64,000 nt of DNA, from IMG/VR virus record IMGVR_UViG_3300032220_000751; one strand, written 5' to 3'. The translations under genes were made by a program, and so were the position numbers. Under the pieces are notes generated by a model. That model was given only the letters and a program-made list of their open reading frames with translations, was not told the DNA's origin and did no database searches. Below are positions 37,971 to 46,602 of this stretch, piece after piece; position 1 is the stretch's first letter; the number at the start of each line of letters is the position of its first letter. This stretch comes from a virus. Lineage: Duplodnaviria; Heunggongvirae; Uroviricota; Caudoviricetes.

Positions 37971-38233
37971 CCCCTCTTGGTTGGGCAATTGTGTCAGGGG
38001 TGATCATTCTGTTGATCACCCTGCTCTTGCTCATTGGCTATGGAATACATCGTTTCTTCCAGACCTTAAAAGAAATCTCCGAACACTTAGGTGAAGTCAG
38101 AGATGAACTGGATCGGGCTGGAGATAAACTAGACAACTCTTTTAAATCTATCAAAGACGGTCTGGATGACTGTCAGTTGTCATTAAAAGAGATCGATACC
38201 ACCTTAGATGCTGAATATCGATTAAAAAGGTAA
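37961..38233 (+). CDS. hypothetical membrane protein (90 aa)
   Basis: N-terminal TM helix LGWAIVSGVIILLITLLLLIGYGI. Confidence 0.5.
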   Translation: MYLTPLGWAIVSGVIILLITLLLLIGYGIHRFFQTLKEISEHLGEVRDELDRAGDKLDNSFKSIKDGLDDCQLSLKEIDTTLDAEYRLKR

Positions 38234-38236
38234 ATC

Positions 38237-38848
38237 ATGCTGATCAAAAAGAATGACGACGGTTCATTTCAAGTACTGCTGGCTTATGAAGGTCAGACTA
38301 TCGGTAATCTCAAAGCAGTGGTGTCTGCTAAGGTCTTGGATGAAACTTATCTCGACTTCAAGACGGGTAAACGCCACTTCCAATCGGAACTGGATCATCC
38401 TCGCTATAAGTTTGATCCGATGAAACAAGCGCAAGCAATCATCGATGATAACTTAGGTGATCCTCAGATGGAAGCGATGGAGCGCGCTATGACGATCAAG
38501 CTTGAGAACGTCTGCGGTTACATCACTGACATGTTACTGCTTCGTCCTGAGTCTATCGGGATCGACATTCTGATTGGTACGTGGAAGTTCAACGGACCGA
38601 TGAAAGAAGTAGCAGAGAAGTGCTATAAGGAAACAGGTGATGTGAAACTGTCTCTGCGTGCATTCTCCAATGGTACCGGTACCTGCAACGGTATTAATGT
38701 CGTCAAGGTCATCACCTGGGACTTCGTTGACCCCAACGAAAAGTACAAGCAGGATCTGTACGAGACGCTTGGCCAAGAGAAGGCAGATAGCCTGATTCGT
38801 TATCTGAACAACGAACCCCTTACTCAACCGGATAATCATGCTGATTGA
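38237..38848 (+). CDS. hypothetical protein (203 aa), tandem paralogue of 38838
   Basis: RBS AAAAAGG; MLIKKNDDGSFQVLLA..., VCGYITD, ETGDVKL and VITWDF align with the next gene. Confidence 0.55.
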   Translation: MLIKKNDDGSFQVLLAYEGQTIGNLKAVVSAKVLDETYLDFKTGKRHFQSELDHPRYKFDPMKQAQAIIDDNLGDPQMEAMERAMTIKLENVCGYITDMLLLRPESIGIDILIGTWKFNGPMKEVAEKCYKETGDVKLSLRAFSNGTGTCNGINVVKVITWDFVDPNEKYKQDLYETLGQEKADSLIRYLNNEPLTQPDNHAD

Positions 38849-39452
38849 AAAATACGACGATGGTTCATGTTTGGTTCTGCTGGCGTTTACCGAACAGATC
38901 ATGAACAACAATGCGATCCTGACGTATACGGCGATCGATAAACTGATGCAGCGTTATAATAACGAAGAATGTCGTCGCAGTCCGTTTTATACGGAATACG
39001 GTCATCCGCATCTGGATCGTCGGGATTACTATACAGATGAACTGGATGGTGAAGGTAAGGTATTGAACGACCGCCTATTCCAGTTCAACATGGATCGTGT
39101 TTGCGGGATGATCGATGATCTGCATGTGGAGAAGCGCCCTAACCTGCGGCACATCTTGACCGGTGTTTGGTCACCCTATGGACCATATGCTTCTGAAGCA
39201 GCGAAGCTGATCCATGAAACAGGTCAAATCAAATTGGGTCCACGGTCACTGTGTGATTTGGTTTCCAATGGTAAAGGCGGTATGACTGGTACAGTAGCCA
39301 AACTCATTGGTTGGGACTTCATGAACCCGTATGACCAATCCATCACTTCCATGGCTAAACTGGATACACACATCTGTCATCCTGTTCGCTACTGGATAGA
39401 TGACAGTGCTCCTCCAGTCCCACTCCCAGAAAAACAACTCGAACTAGGTTGA
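38838..39452 (+). CDS. hypothetical protein (204 aa), tandem paralogue of 38237
   Basis: MLIEKYDDGSCLVLLA..., VCGMIDD, ETGQIKL, LIGWDF; overlaps the upstream gene by 11 nt. Confidence 0.55.
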   Translation: MLIEKYDDGSCLVLLAFTEQIMNNNAILTYTAIDKLMQRYNNEECRRSPFYTEYGHPHLDRRDYYTDELDGEGKVLNDRLFQFNMDRVCGMIDDLHVEKRPNLRHILTGVWSPYGPYASEAAKLIHETGQIKLGPRSLCDLVSNGKGGMTGTVAKLIGWDFMNPYDQSITSMAKLDTHICHPVRYWIDDSAPPVPLPEKQLELG

Positions 39453-39453
39453 G

Positions 39454-39481
39454 ATACATATCACTACTTTGGTAAAACAAA
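39454..39481 (+). promoter_or_regulatory. conserved promoter-like motif ATACATATCACTACTTTGGTAAAAC (copy 2)
   Basis: Identical 13-mer to 14087; begins 2 nt after the stop codon; followed by RBS AAAGGAG. Confidence 0.5.
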
Positions 39482-39491
39482 GGAGAAAGTA

Positions 39492-39722
39492 ATGGTCTGG
39501 ATCTTAATCATGTTCTCGATGCCCATGTGGGAGCGCACGGCACCGGCGATGTACAGTGTTGAATTCAATGACGAGGCTGCATGTCAAACGGCGATGGAGA
39601 GTCGTATTCGCTTCATCCGCCGTGTTGACCGTCGTAGCTACGAGTCTGGTCGCATTGATTTCGAATGTGTCCCGAAGACTACTCCCAAGAACAAACAACA
39701 ATCCCCTGCTAACCGAGGTTAA
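39492..39722 (+). CDS. hypothetical protein (76 aa)
   Basis: RBS AAAGGAGAAAG; ORF. Confidence 0.5.
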   Translation: MVWILIMFSMPMWERTAPAMYSVEFNDEAACQTAMESRIRFIRRVDRRSYESGRIDFECVPKTTPKNKQQSPANRG

Positions 39723-39724
39723 GT

Positions 39725-40336
39725 ATGCAGAAATTCCGTACCTTCCAGATGGTCACAACGAACCAAGCGTTGTCCTCTGTGAAGAACAACAACATCAAGC
39801 TACCAGCAGGTAGCGAGGTCATTGTCCGTAGGTTCGTCACTGGTGGGGTGTTTAACCATTACGAAGTCTTTGAAATTGAAGACTACGATCAAGAACGTCC
39901 CTTCCAAGCACAGACACACCAACTGGTTGAAAGTTACGTCAAAGGTAATTCAGCCATGCGTGTGTATCTGGCTGGACCGATGGCTGGTTACCCTGAGAAT
40001 AACTACCCCGCATTCCATCGAGGAGCGGCGTGGCTGCGTTCTAAAGGCTACGAGGTAGTTTCTCCCGCCGAGATTAACTTCGACGCTCCTAAGCGCTATA
40101 AAGAGCTTGAGAGTAAATTCACAGGCGATGAACTGAGTCTTGAAAAACAAAGCATTGTCAATGAATGCCTGAAGAAAGACTTTGTTGAACTGTTGAGTTG
40201 TGAACTCATTGTCAAGATGAAGGGTTGGCAAGAATCGACGGGTGTCAACAAAGAAATTGATCTGGGTAACTTTGTCGCTATTGGCAGCGTTGAGCTGAGT
40301 GAAATCATGATGATCACCGACGGGGTGGTGACGTGA
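39725..40336 (+). CDS. DUF4406 / nucleoside 2-deoxyribosyltransferase-like domain protein with ~90-aa N-terminal extension
   Basis: VYLAGPMAGYPENNYPAFHRGAAWLRSKGYEVVSPAE matches the DUF4406 core pattern. Confidence 0.5.
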   Translation: MQKFRTFQMVTTNQALSSVKNNNIKLPAGSEVIVRRFVTGGVFNHYEVFEIEDYDQERPFQAQTHQLVESYVKGNSAMRVYLAGPMAGYPENNYPAFHRGAAWLRSKGYEVVSPAEINFDAPKRYKELESKFTGDELSLEKQSIVNECLKKDFVELLSCELIVKMKGWQESTGVNKEIDLGNFVAIGSVELSEIMMITDGVVT

Positions 40337-40779
40337 GCGTCTATGAAGTGGGTTGTGTATTAGGCCCACGACCAGAGGAGAAAGAAATGGCTTGTATGGA
40401 TGGAAGTGATGACACACTAACGGCAGAGGAAGTCCAGGATCGTCGCCGGGAGCAACATCTTCTGGATGAAGCTGAGAAAGAACGCAATAGTCGTCGTACC
40501 ACGCACAACGACATTATCGAGAAAGCACTCTCGATTAAGCGTAACCTCAGCTACAATAACACGCCGACCGAAGCCGCTGCAAAACACATCATCAATGAAC
40601 TCTGTCATCGCTTTGGCGACACCATTGTCAAGGTGAAGCATGAAAGTAATGGCGGTGGTGGTCCCAAGGTGTGGTTCATTATCAGTCTCTTTGGCCGTCG
40701 TCGTGAGATGACCTGGTTTGAAGTCCGGATGTGGAAGTGGTTTGGTTGGCCACCCAAAGGCGCTATCTTAGATGAGTGA
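40333..40779 (+). CDS. hypothetical protein (148 aa)
   Basis: GTG start overlapping the upstream stop (GTGA); start uncertain (next in-frame ATG ~50 nt downstream). Confidence 0.45.
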   Translation: MSVYEVGCVLGPRPEEKEMACMDGSDDTLTAEEVQDRRREQHLLDEAEKERNSRRTTHNDIIEKALSIKRNLSYNNTPTEAAAKHIINELCHRFGDTIVKVKHESNGGGGPKVWFIISLFGRRREMTWFEVRMWKWFGWPPKGAILDE

Positions 40780-40978
40780 GGACAACATGGCTGTATGCAT
40801 GACGTGTGGTAAAGGTTTCAAAGAAGGCGTGAGTCTGTTCCGCGTCAATGAGAAGGGTCAATCTGGTATCTGGGCATGTGAATCTCACTTCCCGAAAGAG
40901 AAGAAGATCGACCCCACGGTGTACGAAACCGTTTCTGCAATCGAGAAGGGTCAAACTCCACCGGGTTCGATCCAGTAA
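40772..40978 (+). CDS. small Cys-containing (zinc-ribbon-like) protein (68 aa)
   Basis: CMTCGK...WACESH; two possible ATG starts (40772 or 40787). Confidence 0.45.
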   Translation: MSEDNMAVCMTCGKGFKEGVSLFRVNEKGQSGIWACESHFPKEKKIDPTVYETVSAIEKGQTPPGSIQ

Positions 40979-41059
40979 GACCAAGCTCAATCTGTATGTG
41001 ATTAACCAACCTCAGGAGGCGCTATGCGGGATCTATCTAAATAACCGCAAGGAGCTATC

Positions 41060-41242
41060 ATGAGCAGGACGAAGAAGGGTGGTAAATCATTCGGACACGA
41101 GTTTTGGGCAGGGCGTGGTGGTGGTATCGTTGACGGCTGGTCCGCTGGCGGTCACACCTCCAAGAAGTACAAAACCCTGACGCACAAGCGTGAACGTAGA
41201 TTGCAGACCATCGACCTGCGCAAGCAATTGAAGGACGTGTAA
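41060..41242 (+). CDS. small basic protein (60 aa)
   Basis: RBS AAGGAG; ORF. Confidence 0.45.
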   Translation: MSRTKKGGKSFGHEFWAGRGGGIVDGWSAGGHTSKKYKTLTHKRERRLQTIDLRKQLKDV

Positions 41243-41249
41243 GAACTAT

Positions 41250-41279
41250 AAATAGGGAGAGGGCAACTTCTCCCTATTT
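41250..41279 (+). terminator. hairpin or terminator AAATAGGGAGA-gggcaact-TCTCCCTATTT
   Basis: 11-bp perfect stem; short T run. Confidence 0.6.
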
Positions 41280-41302
41280 ATGCCCATCGTAAAGGAAATG
41301 TA

Positions 41303-41584
41303 ATGCCTGAACAAGAAATCAAACCTACTGTTAAGATGCGTCTGAAAGTTGGTGCATCTGTCTTTCAAGACTTCGGGTTCTATCGCTGGCCTGAACTGCG
41401 TCGTGGTGCCGCGCCGGTGGACACCCTGTTTAACGTAGAGTTCATGGATGATGGTAAGCGTGCTCGCTTGTCTGCACCAGGGTACGGGGATGACAGTAGT
41501 CCCAATGCCTATGGTTCCGGTGCCATTCATGTGTTCGTCAGCAATCTTCAATTCGTCAAAGAAGACGTGAAAGAAGCTGCATGA
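41303..41584 (+). CDS. hypothetical protein (93 aa)
   Basis: RBS AAAGGAAA; ORF. Confidence 0.5.
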   Translation: MPEQEIKPTVKMRLKVGASVFQDFGFYRWPELRRGAAPVDTLFNVEFMDDGKRARLSAPGYGDDSSPNAYGSGAIHVFVSNLQFVKEDVKEAA

Positions 41585-41733
41585 TCACCGTTACCACATA
41601 CTCTCAGATGCTATCTCTGACCATCGATGGTGAACGGTCACTGACTGGTTTAGAACTCGCCATCACAATCGCCGTCGTTGTAGTTGGTGTATTGGCGATT
41701 GCATTGATGTATCGAGCAATGAAGAAAGGTTGA
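41581..41733 (+). CDS. putative 50-aa membrane peptide
   Basis: ATGA overlap; hand translation MITVTTYSQMLSLTIDGERSLTGLELAITIAVVVVGVLAIALMYRAMKKG fills the gap to the next gene exactly. Confidence 0.4.
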   Translation: MITVTTYSQMLSLTIDGERSLTGLELAITIAVVVVGVLAIALMYRAMKKG

Positions 41734-41734
41734 C

Positions 41735-42166
41735 ATGCTGAAAGTTCAAATCATCTATCCGGCTTATAATCAGAGTTTAGATCAGCCGGGTATGTGGGAG
41801 TTGTTAAGGCATATGTGGAGTGAAACACCTGGTGGTTTGATGGTCAGGGGCGCATACATCACTAACATTCCTAACGATCCTTCCACAGGAGTTGATCCCA
41901 TCTACTTCTTTGGACGTCGTCCAGATTCACCAGAGGTCTGGCATGGCGATGTTGCACATGCTCAACTGTTTAGCAACATCCAAGACCTGATCAGTGAACT
42001 AGAGAAGATGCGTCAAGAGTCTTCTCGTGGGAACGATGATGGTCAGTACTTTAACCATGAGCATCGTAGTCAGTTGGGTTACAGGGTATCGGTTTATCCG
42101 GTTTACTGGAATCCGCTTTATACGCCCCATTTTGAAATGGTAAGGGATAAACAACACTATGGCTAA
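41735..42166 (+). CDS. hypothetical protein (143 aa)
   Basis: RBS GAAAGG; ORF. Confidence 0.5.
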   Translation: MLKVQIIYPAYNQSLDQPGMWELLRHMWSETPGGLMVRGAYITNIPNDPSTGVDPIYFFGRRPDSPEVWHGDVAHAQLFSNIQDLISELEKMRQESSRGNDDGQYFNHEHRSQLGYRVSVYPVYWNPLYTPHFEMVRDKQHYG

Positions 42167-42557
42167 GACGCTCCTTGAATTGGTCAAAGGCACGATTGAA
42201 CGCGGCATCGCGTGCCCTTATGATGATGAACCCGTTGCACCGCATGACCTTGGTCGTATTGCAGCAGTGTCAGTCATTGCTGATCTGACCGATCGTCGAG
42301 GCATCAAGAATGGTTTCAATGACATTGATGACGATGTCCGTAAATCTATCGTTGATGATCTGACCAACATCATCAACGCCGTTCACTCTCCTGAATTCAA
42401 GTTCGAAGACTTTACTGGATTTCGTGATCAACTGATCGAATCGGAGAAGAGATTTGAAGCATTGACCGAAGAGGAGTTGAAAGAACTTGCAGAATATGTC
42501 GAGCGACGTGATCGAGAGTTCTACGCTTCATTAAACAGAGTTAACCAAATATTTTAG
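42159..42557 (+). CDS. hypothetical acidic protein (132 aa)
   Basis: ORF overlapping the upstream end. Confidence 0.5.
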   Translation: MAKTLLELVKGTIERGIACPYDDEPVAPHDLGRIAAVSVIADLTDRRGIKNGFNDIDDDVRKSIVDDLTNIINAVHSPEFKFEDFTGFRDQLIESEKRFEALTEEELKELAEYVERRDREFYASLNRVNQIF

Positions 42558-42563
42558 GACGAC

Positions 42564-43628
42564 GTGATGAATGTTGACAAAAGACAATATATCGATCACG
42601 ACACATTAGATATTGAAGAACGTGTCATTGTCGCAGTTAATTATCTCCCCAAGGATATTGATCCCCGGTTTGAAGGTCTGGGGATTGAAAACTATTCAAG
42701 CAAGTACAACGAGTATTTTTGCTGGGGTAGGCACTATCAAACTAAGGTTGATAAGGAACTTCAGGAATTAGGCATTCCGGGTAATAAATACGGTTTCGTC
42801 CCCAAGAAGATACCGCGAATCATCCAATGCTTGGAGTATTACGGTGTGCCGCGTTTTAAAGAAGAATTAACGAACGATGACGTAGATGCATTGATGAAAC
42901 ACATAGCGTATCAGTGGAACTTCAATGGATTCGAAGAACATATGTGTAGTTCAGCAGAAAGAGCTTTTTCTGATGATCTGGAATCTCGTGACGAATATGT
43001 CTATAATAAACTGTCGCAGATGGTTTATGAAGATTACATCACGACCATCGAAGCAGGTTATCTTGAGGCTAAAAGTTTGCAACTAGGGATGGAGTATTCC
43101 ATATTCCCTTTCTACAAACATCGTAAATGGTTGTTTCCATGGGCTGCTGATTTATTGACCGACTTTCGTTTGAATGGGTTCCCCAGCTGGTATATTGGAT
43201 CAGTGCTCAGTTACTACCGTAAACCAATCAGTGAAGACGAGAAATATCATTACCGTCCAGTTTATACTGCATTTTTATTTGGTGATATCGAACGTAAGTA
43301 CGAAAAGCTATTAGTAGATATCGCTAAGTACCATGGTATTGATGAATATATTGCCAAAGTCCGCTACATCGATCAAAACGAGACTCTGACATACCACCGT
43401 CATCATACCAGGCTGAAGTTGGAGAAACTGAGGAAAGAGTCAAGACAGGCAGATGAGGAATTGAAAGACCTCTTGCAAAAATGCACTAATGCCACCGAGG
43501 TTTCAGTTCAAAGTAAACCTAATAACGACGACATCACGATGAAAGAGTTTTTGCTCGATACCGTGATGTTCTGGCGTAGTCTACTCAAATTAGCGAAACG
43601 CTATTTCGCTAAGAATAAGGAGAAATAA
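42564..43628 (+). CDS. hypothetical protein (354 aa), markedly AT-rich codon usage
   Basis: RBS AGGACGACGTG; long ORF whose composition differs from the GC-rich neighbours. Confidence 0.55.
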   Translation: MMNVDKRQYIDHDTLDIEERVIVAVNYLPKDIDPRFEGLGIENYSSKYNEYFCWGRHYQTKVDKELQELGIPGNKYGFVPKKIPRIIQCLEYYGVPRFKEELTNDDVDALMKHIAYQWNFNGFEEHMCSSAERAFSDDLESRDEYVYNKLSQMVYEDYITTIEAGYLEAKSLQLGMEYSIFPFYKHRKWLFPWAADLLTDFRLNGFPSWYIGSVLSYYRKPISEDEKYHYRPVYTAFLFGDIERKYEKLLVDIAKYHGIDEYIAKVRYIDQNETLTYHRHHTRLKLEKLRKESRQADEELKDLLQKCTNATEVSVQSKPNNDDITMKEFLLDTVMFWRSLLKLAKRYFAKNKEK

Positions 43629-44425
43629 TGCATTTAGGTAAACTGACGTTAAGTGAACTCCAAAAGATCGTCCACGCATTGTTCAACGAGGACAAACCTG
43701 AATCACCGATGAAGATCGTCGGTGCGTACATCGTGGCTGATTTCGTTGATCCGGAACTGGGTCGTCGTTACTATGGTTATCATGACCATCGACCACGTGA
43801 GTTGTGGTTCGAACAGAAGAGTTTGGCTCACCTCTACATCGCTGACGATTGTGCAGTGGATATCGCTCATGCATTGGTCGGTATTCTGAATGAGATGGAA
43901 GAGGTCATCAATGTCACGGGTGGTGCTGATCCCGATAAGGAATATCAGGTCTTCTCTTACTGGAATATCAACCGTCTGAAGACACTCAAGGGTGTGACTA
44001 TCAGTCTTTTGCCAGTGTACGAACTGAAGGAAGAAGGAGAAGACCTACGCGCGATTAAGGTTGTTCCTCGTATCAGGACAATCGGTGAGCTGAGGGATGA
44101 GATGTTGAAAGTCGCGCGCGGAGATACCCCAATTCCATCCAGTGCGTCACATCCATCTGTAGAACCAAACGCATCGATGAATTACCGCACGTTGGCTAAG
44201 GTTCATGCTGAAGCGAGCGCCGTCGACGCACATGCCGTACAAGGCGAAAACGTTACTGCGATTATGGACATATTGAAAGATCCTCATTTGGTTCATGTCA
44301 ATATGTTGGCTGGTAAAATAGCCAAGATCGGCATGCGTGAATTAGCACACGTGCATGGTGATGAGATGTCAGCCCGCTGGCGTGCTTTCGAAGAATGGGA
44401 AGCTTCCCAAAAGGAAGGTAAATGA
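43628..44425 (+). CDS. hypothetical protein (265 aa)
   Basis: RBS AAGGAGAAATA; 1-nt overlap. Confidence 0.55.
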   Translation: MHLGKLTLSELQKIVHALFNEDKPESPMKIVGAYIVADFVDPELGRRYYGYHDHRPRELWFEQKSLAHLYIADDCAVDIAHALVGILNEMEEVINVTGGADPDKEYQVFSYWNINRLKTLKGVTISLLPVYELKEEGEDLRAIKVVPRIRTIGELRDEMLKVARGDTPIPSSASHPSVEPNASMNYRTLAKVHAEASAVDAHAVQGENVTAIMDILKDPHLVHVNMLAGKIAKIGMRELAHVHGDEMSARWRAFEEWEASQKEGK

Positions 44426-44619
44426 CCCCATATCTCATCAATCGTGCTGATGGCGTTAAAGGCCACTTCGTCATCGCTCGTAATACTTCTCGTGGTGGCT
44501 TGGAGTTTTGGAGCAAGAAGAATAAATGCTGGTGTGGCTGCGCTGACTTTAAACCCCTGGGTAAAAAGAAAGCAAAGAAGCTCTTGGCTAAAATCATTAA
44601 AAAGGAGTCCAATGAATAA
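44422..44619 (+). CDS. hypothetical basic protein (65 aa)
   Basis: RBS AAAAGGAAGG; ATGA overlap. Confidence 0.45.
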   Translation: MTPYLINRADGVKGHFVIARNTSRGGLEFWSKKNKCWCGCADFKPLGKKKAKKLLAKIIKKESNE

Positions 44620-44797
44620 ACGTTGTACCTGTGGTCGCATGCGTTATTGCGATACAGTTGTGACTTGCCCTCGCGCTGGTATTAATCAAATGGGCGATGC
44701 ACGTAAGCGTCAGCAGATGGGTGGTTTTATTGTCCCACTGCATAAGCAACCTGATCGTCCACGTAACAAACATCAACAGGAGCAGCCATATGGCTAA
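44612..44797 (+). CDS. small Cys-rich protein (61 aa)
   Basis: ATG behind AAAAAGGAG; MNKRCTCGRMRYCDTVVTCPRAG... Confidence 0.4.
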   Translation: MNKRCTCGRMRYCDTVVTCPRAGINQMGDARKRQQMGGFIVPLHKQPDRPRNKHQQEQPYG

Positions 44798-44972
44798 GGG
44801 TAAGTATAAGTCACCTCCGAAGTATCCCGAATTGCAAGGGGATGTACTGAAGAACAAAGCAAAAGACTTTATGCTGACCGTGCCACCCACTGCTGTGGGT
44901 GGTAACTTCGATCAAAAGAGAAACATCGCCTACTTTGGTAAAGAGGCTATCGATAAGAAAGAACCCCAATGA
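44790..44972 (+). CDS. hypothetical protein (60 aa)
   Basis: ATG overlapping the upstream stop; ORF. Confidence 0.4.
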   Translation: MAKGKYKSPPKYPELQGDVLKNKAKDFMLTVPPTAVGGNFDQKRNIAYFGKEAIDKKEPQ

Positions 44973-45370
44973 TTCCATTCCTGCAAGACCCCGCTCATAT
45001 CTGGCACGTTGCCATTCTCCTGGTGTTTGCGCATTGTTTGGCAGACTATCCCCTGCAAGGTGATTTCATGGCTCAAGCCAAGAATCGTAACCATCCAGTA
45101 TTCAACGCCCATGGGGACCCCAAGAAACCCGTTTACTGGAAATGGGTATTGCCGTCCCATGGGTTGATCCATGCCGGGTTCGTATACCTGATCACAGGGA
45201 TGTGGGTGCTGTTCTTGGCTGAGTTCGTCATGCACACCGTGATTGACTTCTTCAAGTGCGATGAGAAGATTTCGTATAACACCGATCAAGCCCTGCATCT
45301 GTTTTGCAAGGTTGCATGGCTGATTGTGTTTTATTCAGAAATCACTTTCAAAATCTATCTGGCTAAATAG
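44969..45370 (+). CDS. hypothetical polytopic membrane protein (133 aa)
   Basis: Three hydrophobic helices; HCLADYPLQGDF motif. Confidence 0.5.
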   Translation: MIPFLQDPAHIWHVAILLVFAHCLADYPLQGDFMAQAKNRNHPVFNAHGDPKKPVYWKWVLPSHGLIHAGFVYLITGMWVLFLAEFVMHTVIDFFKCDEKISYNTDQALHLFCKVAWLIVFYSEITFKIYLAK

Positions 45371-45378
45371 GAGATATA

Positions 45379-45795
45379 ATGCCAACTGGACTGAACCTCG
45401 ATTCGATCTACCAAGCATCGAAGAAGGCAATCGAAGTACCCATCCATACCGATGACCTGCTGGGTTTCGATCTGATCGTCGCTGAATCTCTGATTAAACT
45501 CTCGTTCATCGACGGTCATTCGTACTACTACGGTGAACCCGATGGTCGACCGCACCAGCCACGTACTCACTGGTATCACGATCAAACCGATCCCAATGTG
45601 TTCCGTTATACCGACGCCAAGTCGTTAGCTGAGGCGCTGGAATCTCTGCGCAAGATCATCGACGGTGAATCTGAAGGCGATATCTTCTCCATCGTACCTG
45701 AAGGTATCCCTGCTCTGGTGTCGGTGGTGCACCTCTATCGTCTTTCCCCTGAAACATCGCCAGTCGTGGTGATGAAGTACGACAGAGAAATTTAA
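45379..45795 (+). CDS. hypothetical protein (138 aa)
   Basis: RBS TAGGAGATATA; ORF. Confidence 0.5.
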   Translation: MPTGLNLDSIYQASKKAIEVPIHTDDLLGFDLIVAESLIKLSFIDGHSYYYGEPDGRPHQPRTHWYHDQTDPNVFRYTDAKSLAEALESLRKIIDGESEGDIFSIVPEGIPALVSVVHLYRLSPETSPVVVMKYDREI

Positions 45796-45804
45796 GGAGT
45801 CGTA

Positions 45805-46230
45805 ATGACAAACCGTATGATCGCAGCGTCGTATGGTCAGCAAAGACCGCTCGACCTGAAGTTTGAACTATCACGCGTCTCATGCGTGAAGATCGAGAAA
45901 GAAGTCTTCCACCTTGACCAGTTCAAGAATGGTACATGGCGTTTGACCTACACCGATTCTCTGATTCCTCACATCGATCGTTTCAACAGGTTGATTATCA
46001 ACCAAGTCGAGAAGAAGATTGAAGTCTGGCAAAAGGATATCGAGGGTACGTCTGGCAAGATCCGAGAACTTTCCCTGAAGTCGATCATCAAGACTGGCAG
46101 CGAAGTCGGCATGCTCCATATCGAACCAGATGCTCGGGGTAACTACCGTATCTTGGTCTCGCCCGGTCTGATCAATGACTTTAAGTTGTTCGATGGTCTG
46201 CTCATGTTGCGTGAGGTCGTCAAGACTTAA
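45805..46230 (+). CDS. hypothetical protein (141 aa)
   Basis: RBS TAAGGAG; ORF. Confidence 0.5.
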   Translation: MTNRMIAASYGQQRPLDLKFELSRVSCVKIEKEVFHLDQFKNGTWRLTYTDSLIPHIDRFNRLIINQVEKKIEVWQKDIEGTSGKIRELSLKSIIKTGSEVGMLHIEPDARGNYRILVSPGLINDFKLFDGLLMLREVVKT

Positions 46231-46251
46231 ATTACAGGAGTCGATTAAGGT

Positions 46252-46602
46252 ATGAGTATCTTCAAGTGGCAGCGTGGACGTCAGGACACAGGCTATGACA
46301 AGGTGCTTCTTCTGACGGGTAAATGGCCATTAGGCTTTGATTGTTATTTGATCAAGTATCCTGAAGGATCGTCTATTCCACCCCATAAAGACCCAGTGGC
46401 TACTGGGCGGCATTACAGACTCAATATCATCCTCTGGAAGTCTCCAGAAGGTGGTGAGTTCGTATGTGACAATCCCATCCTCAGTTTACCGAGGATCAAA
46501 CTCTTCCGACCAGATCAATCTGAACATAGCGTAACCACTGTTAAAGGTGGATCACGTTACATCTTATCGATCGGTTGGATATTCAAAAAGGAACCGCAGT
46601 GA
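46252..46602 (+). CDS. small 2OG-Fe(II) oxygenase / cupin-like protein (116 aa)
   Basis: HxD...H...R pattern: PPHKDP, SEHSV, GGSRYILS. Confidence 0.45.
   Translation: MSIFKWQRGRQDTGYDKVLLLTGKWPLGFDCYLIKYPEGSSIPPHKDPVATGRHYRLNIILWKSPEGGEFVCDNPILSLPRIKLFRPDQSEHSVTTVKGGSRYILSIGWIFKKEPQ

Noticed and set aside
40955-40985. GGGTTCGATCC, a tRNA T-arm-like string
   Set aside because: No complementary stem or acceptor pairing around it; it lies inside a coding region. I found no tRNA-like cloverleaf anywhere in the window.
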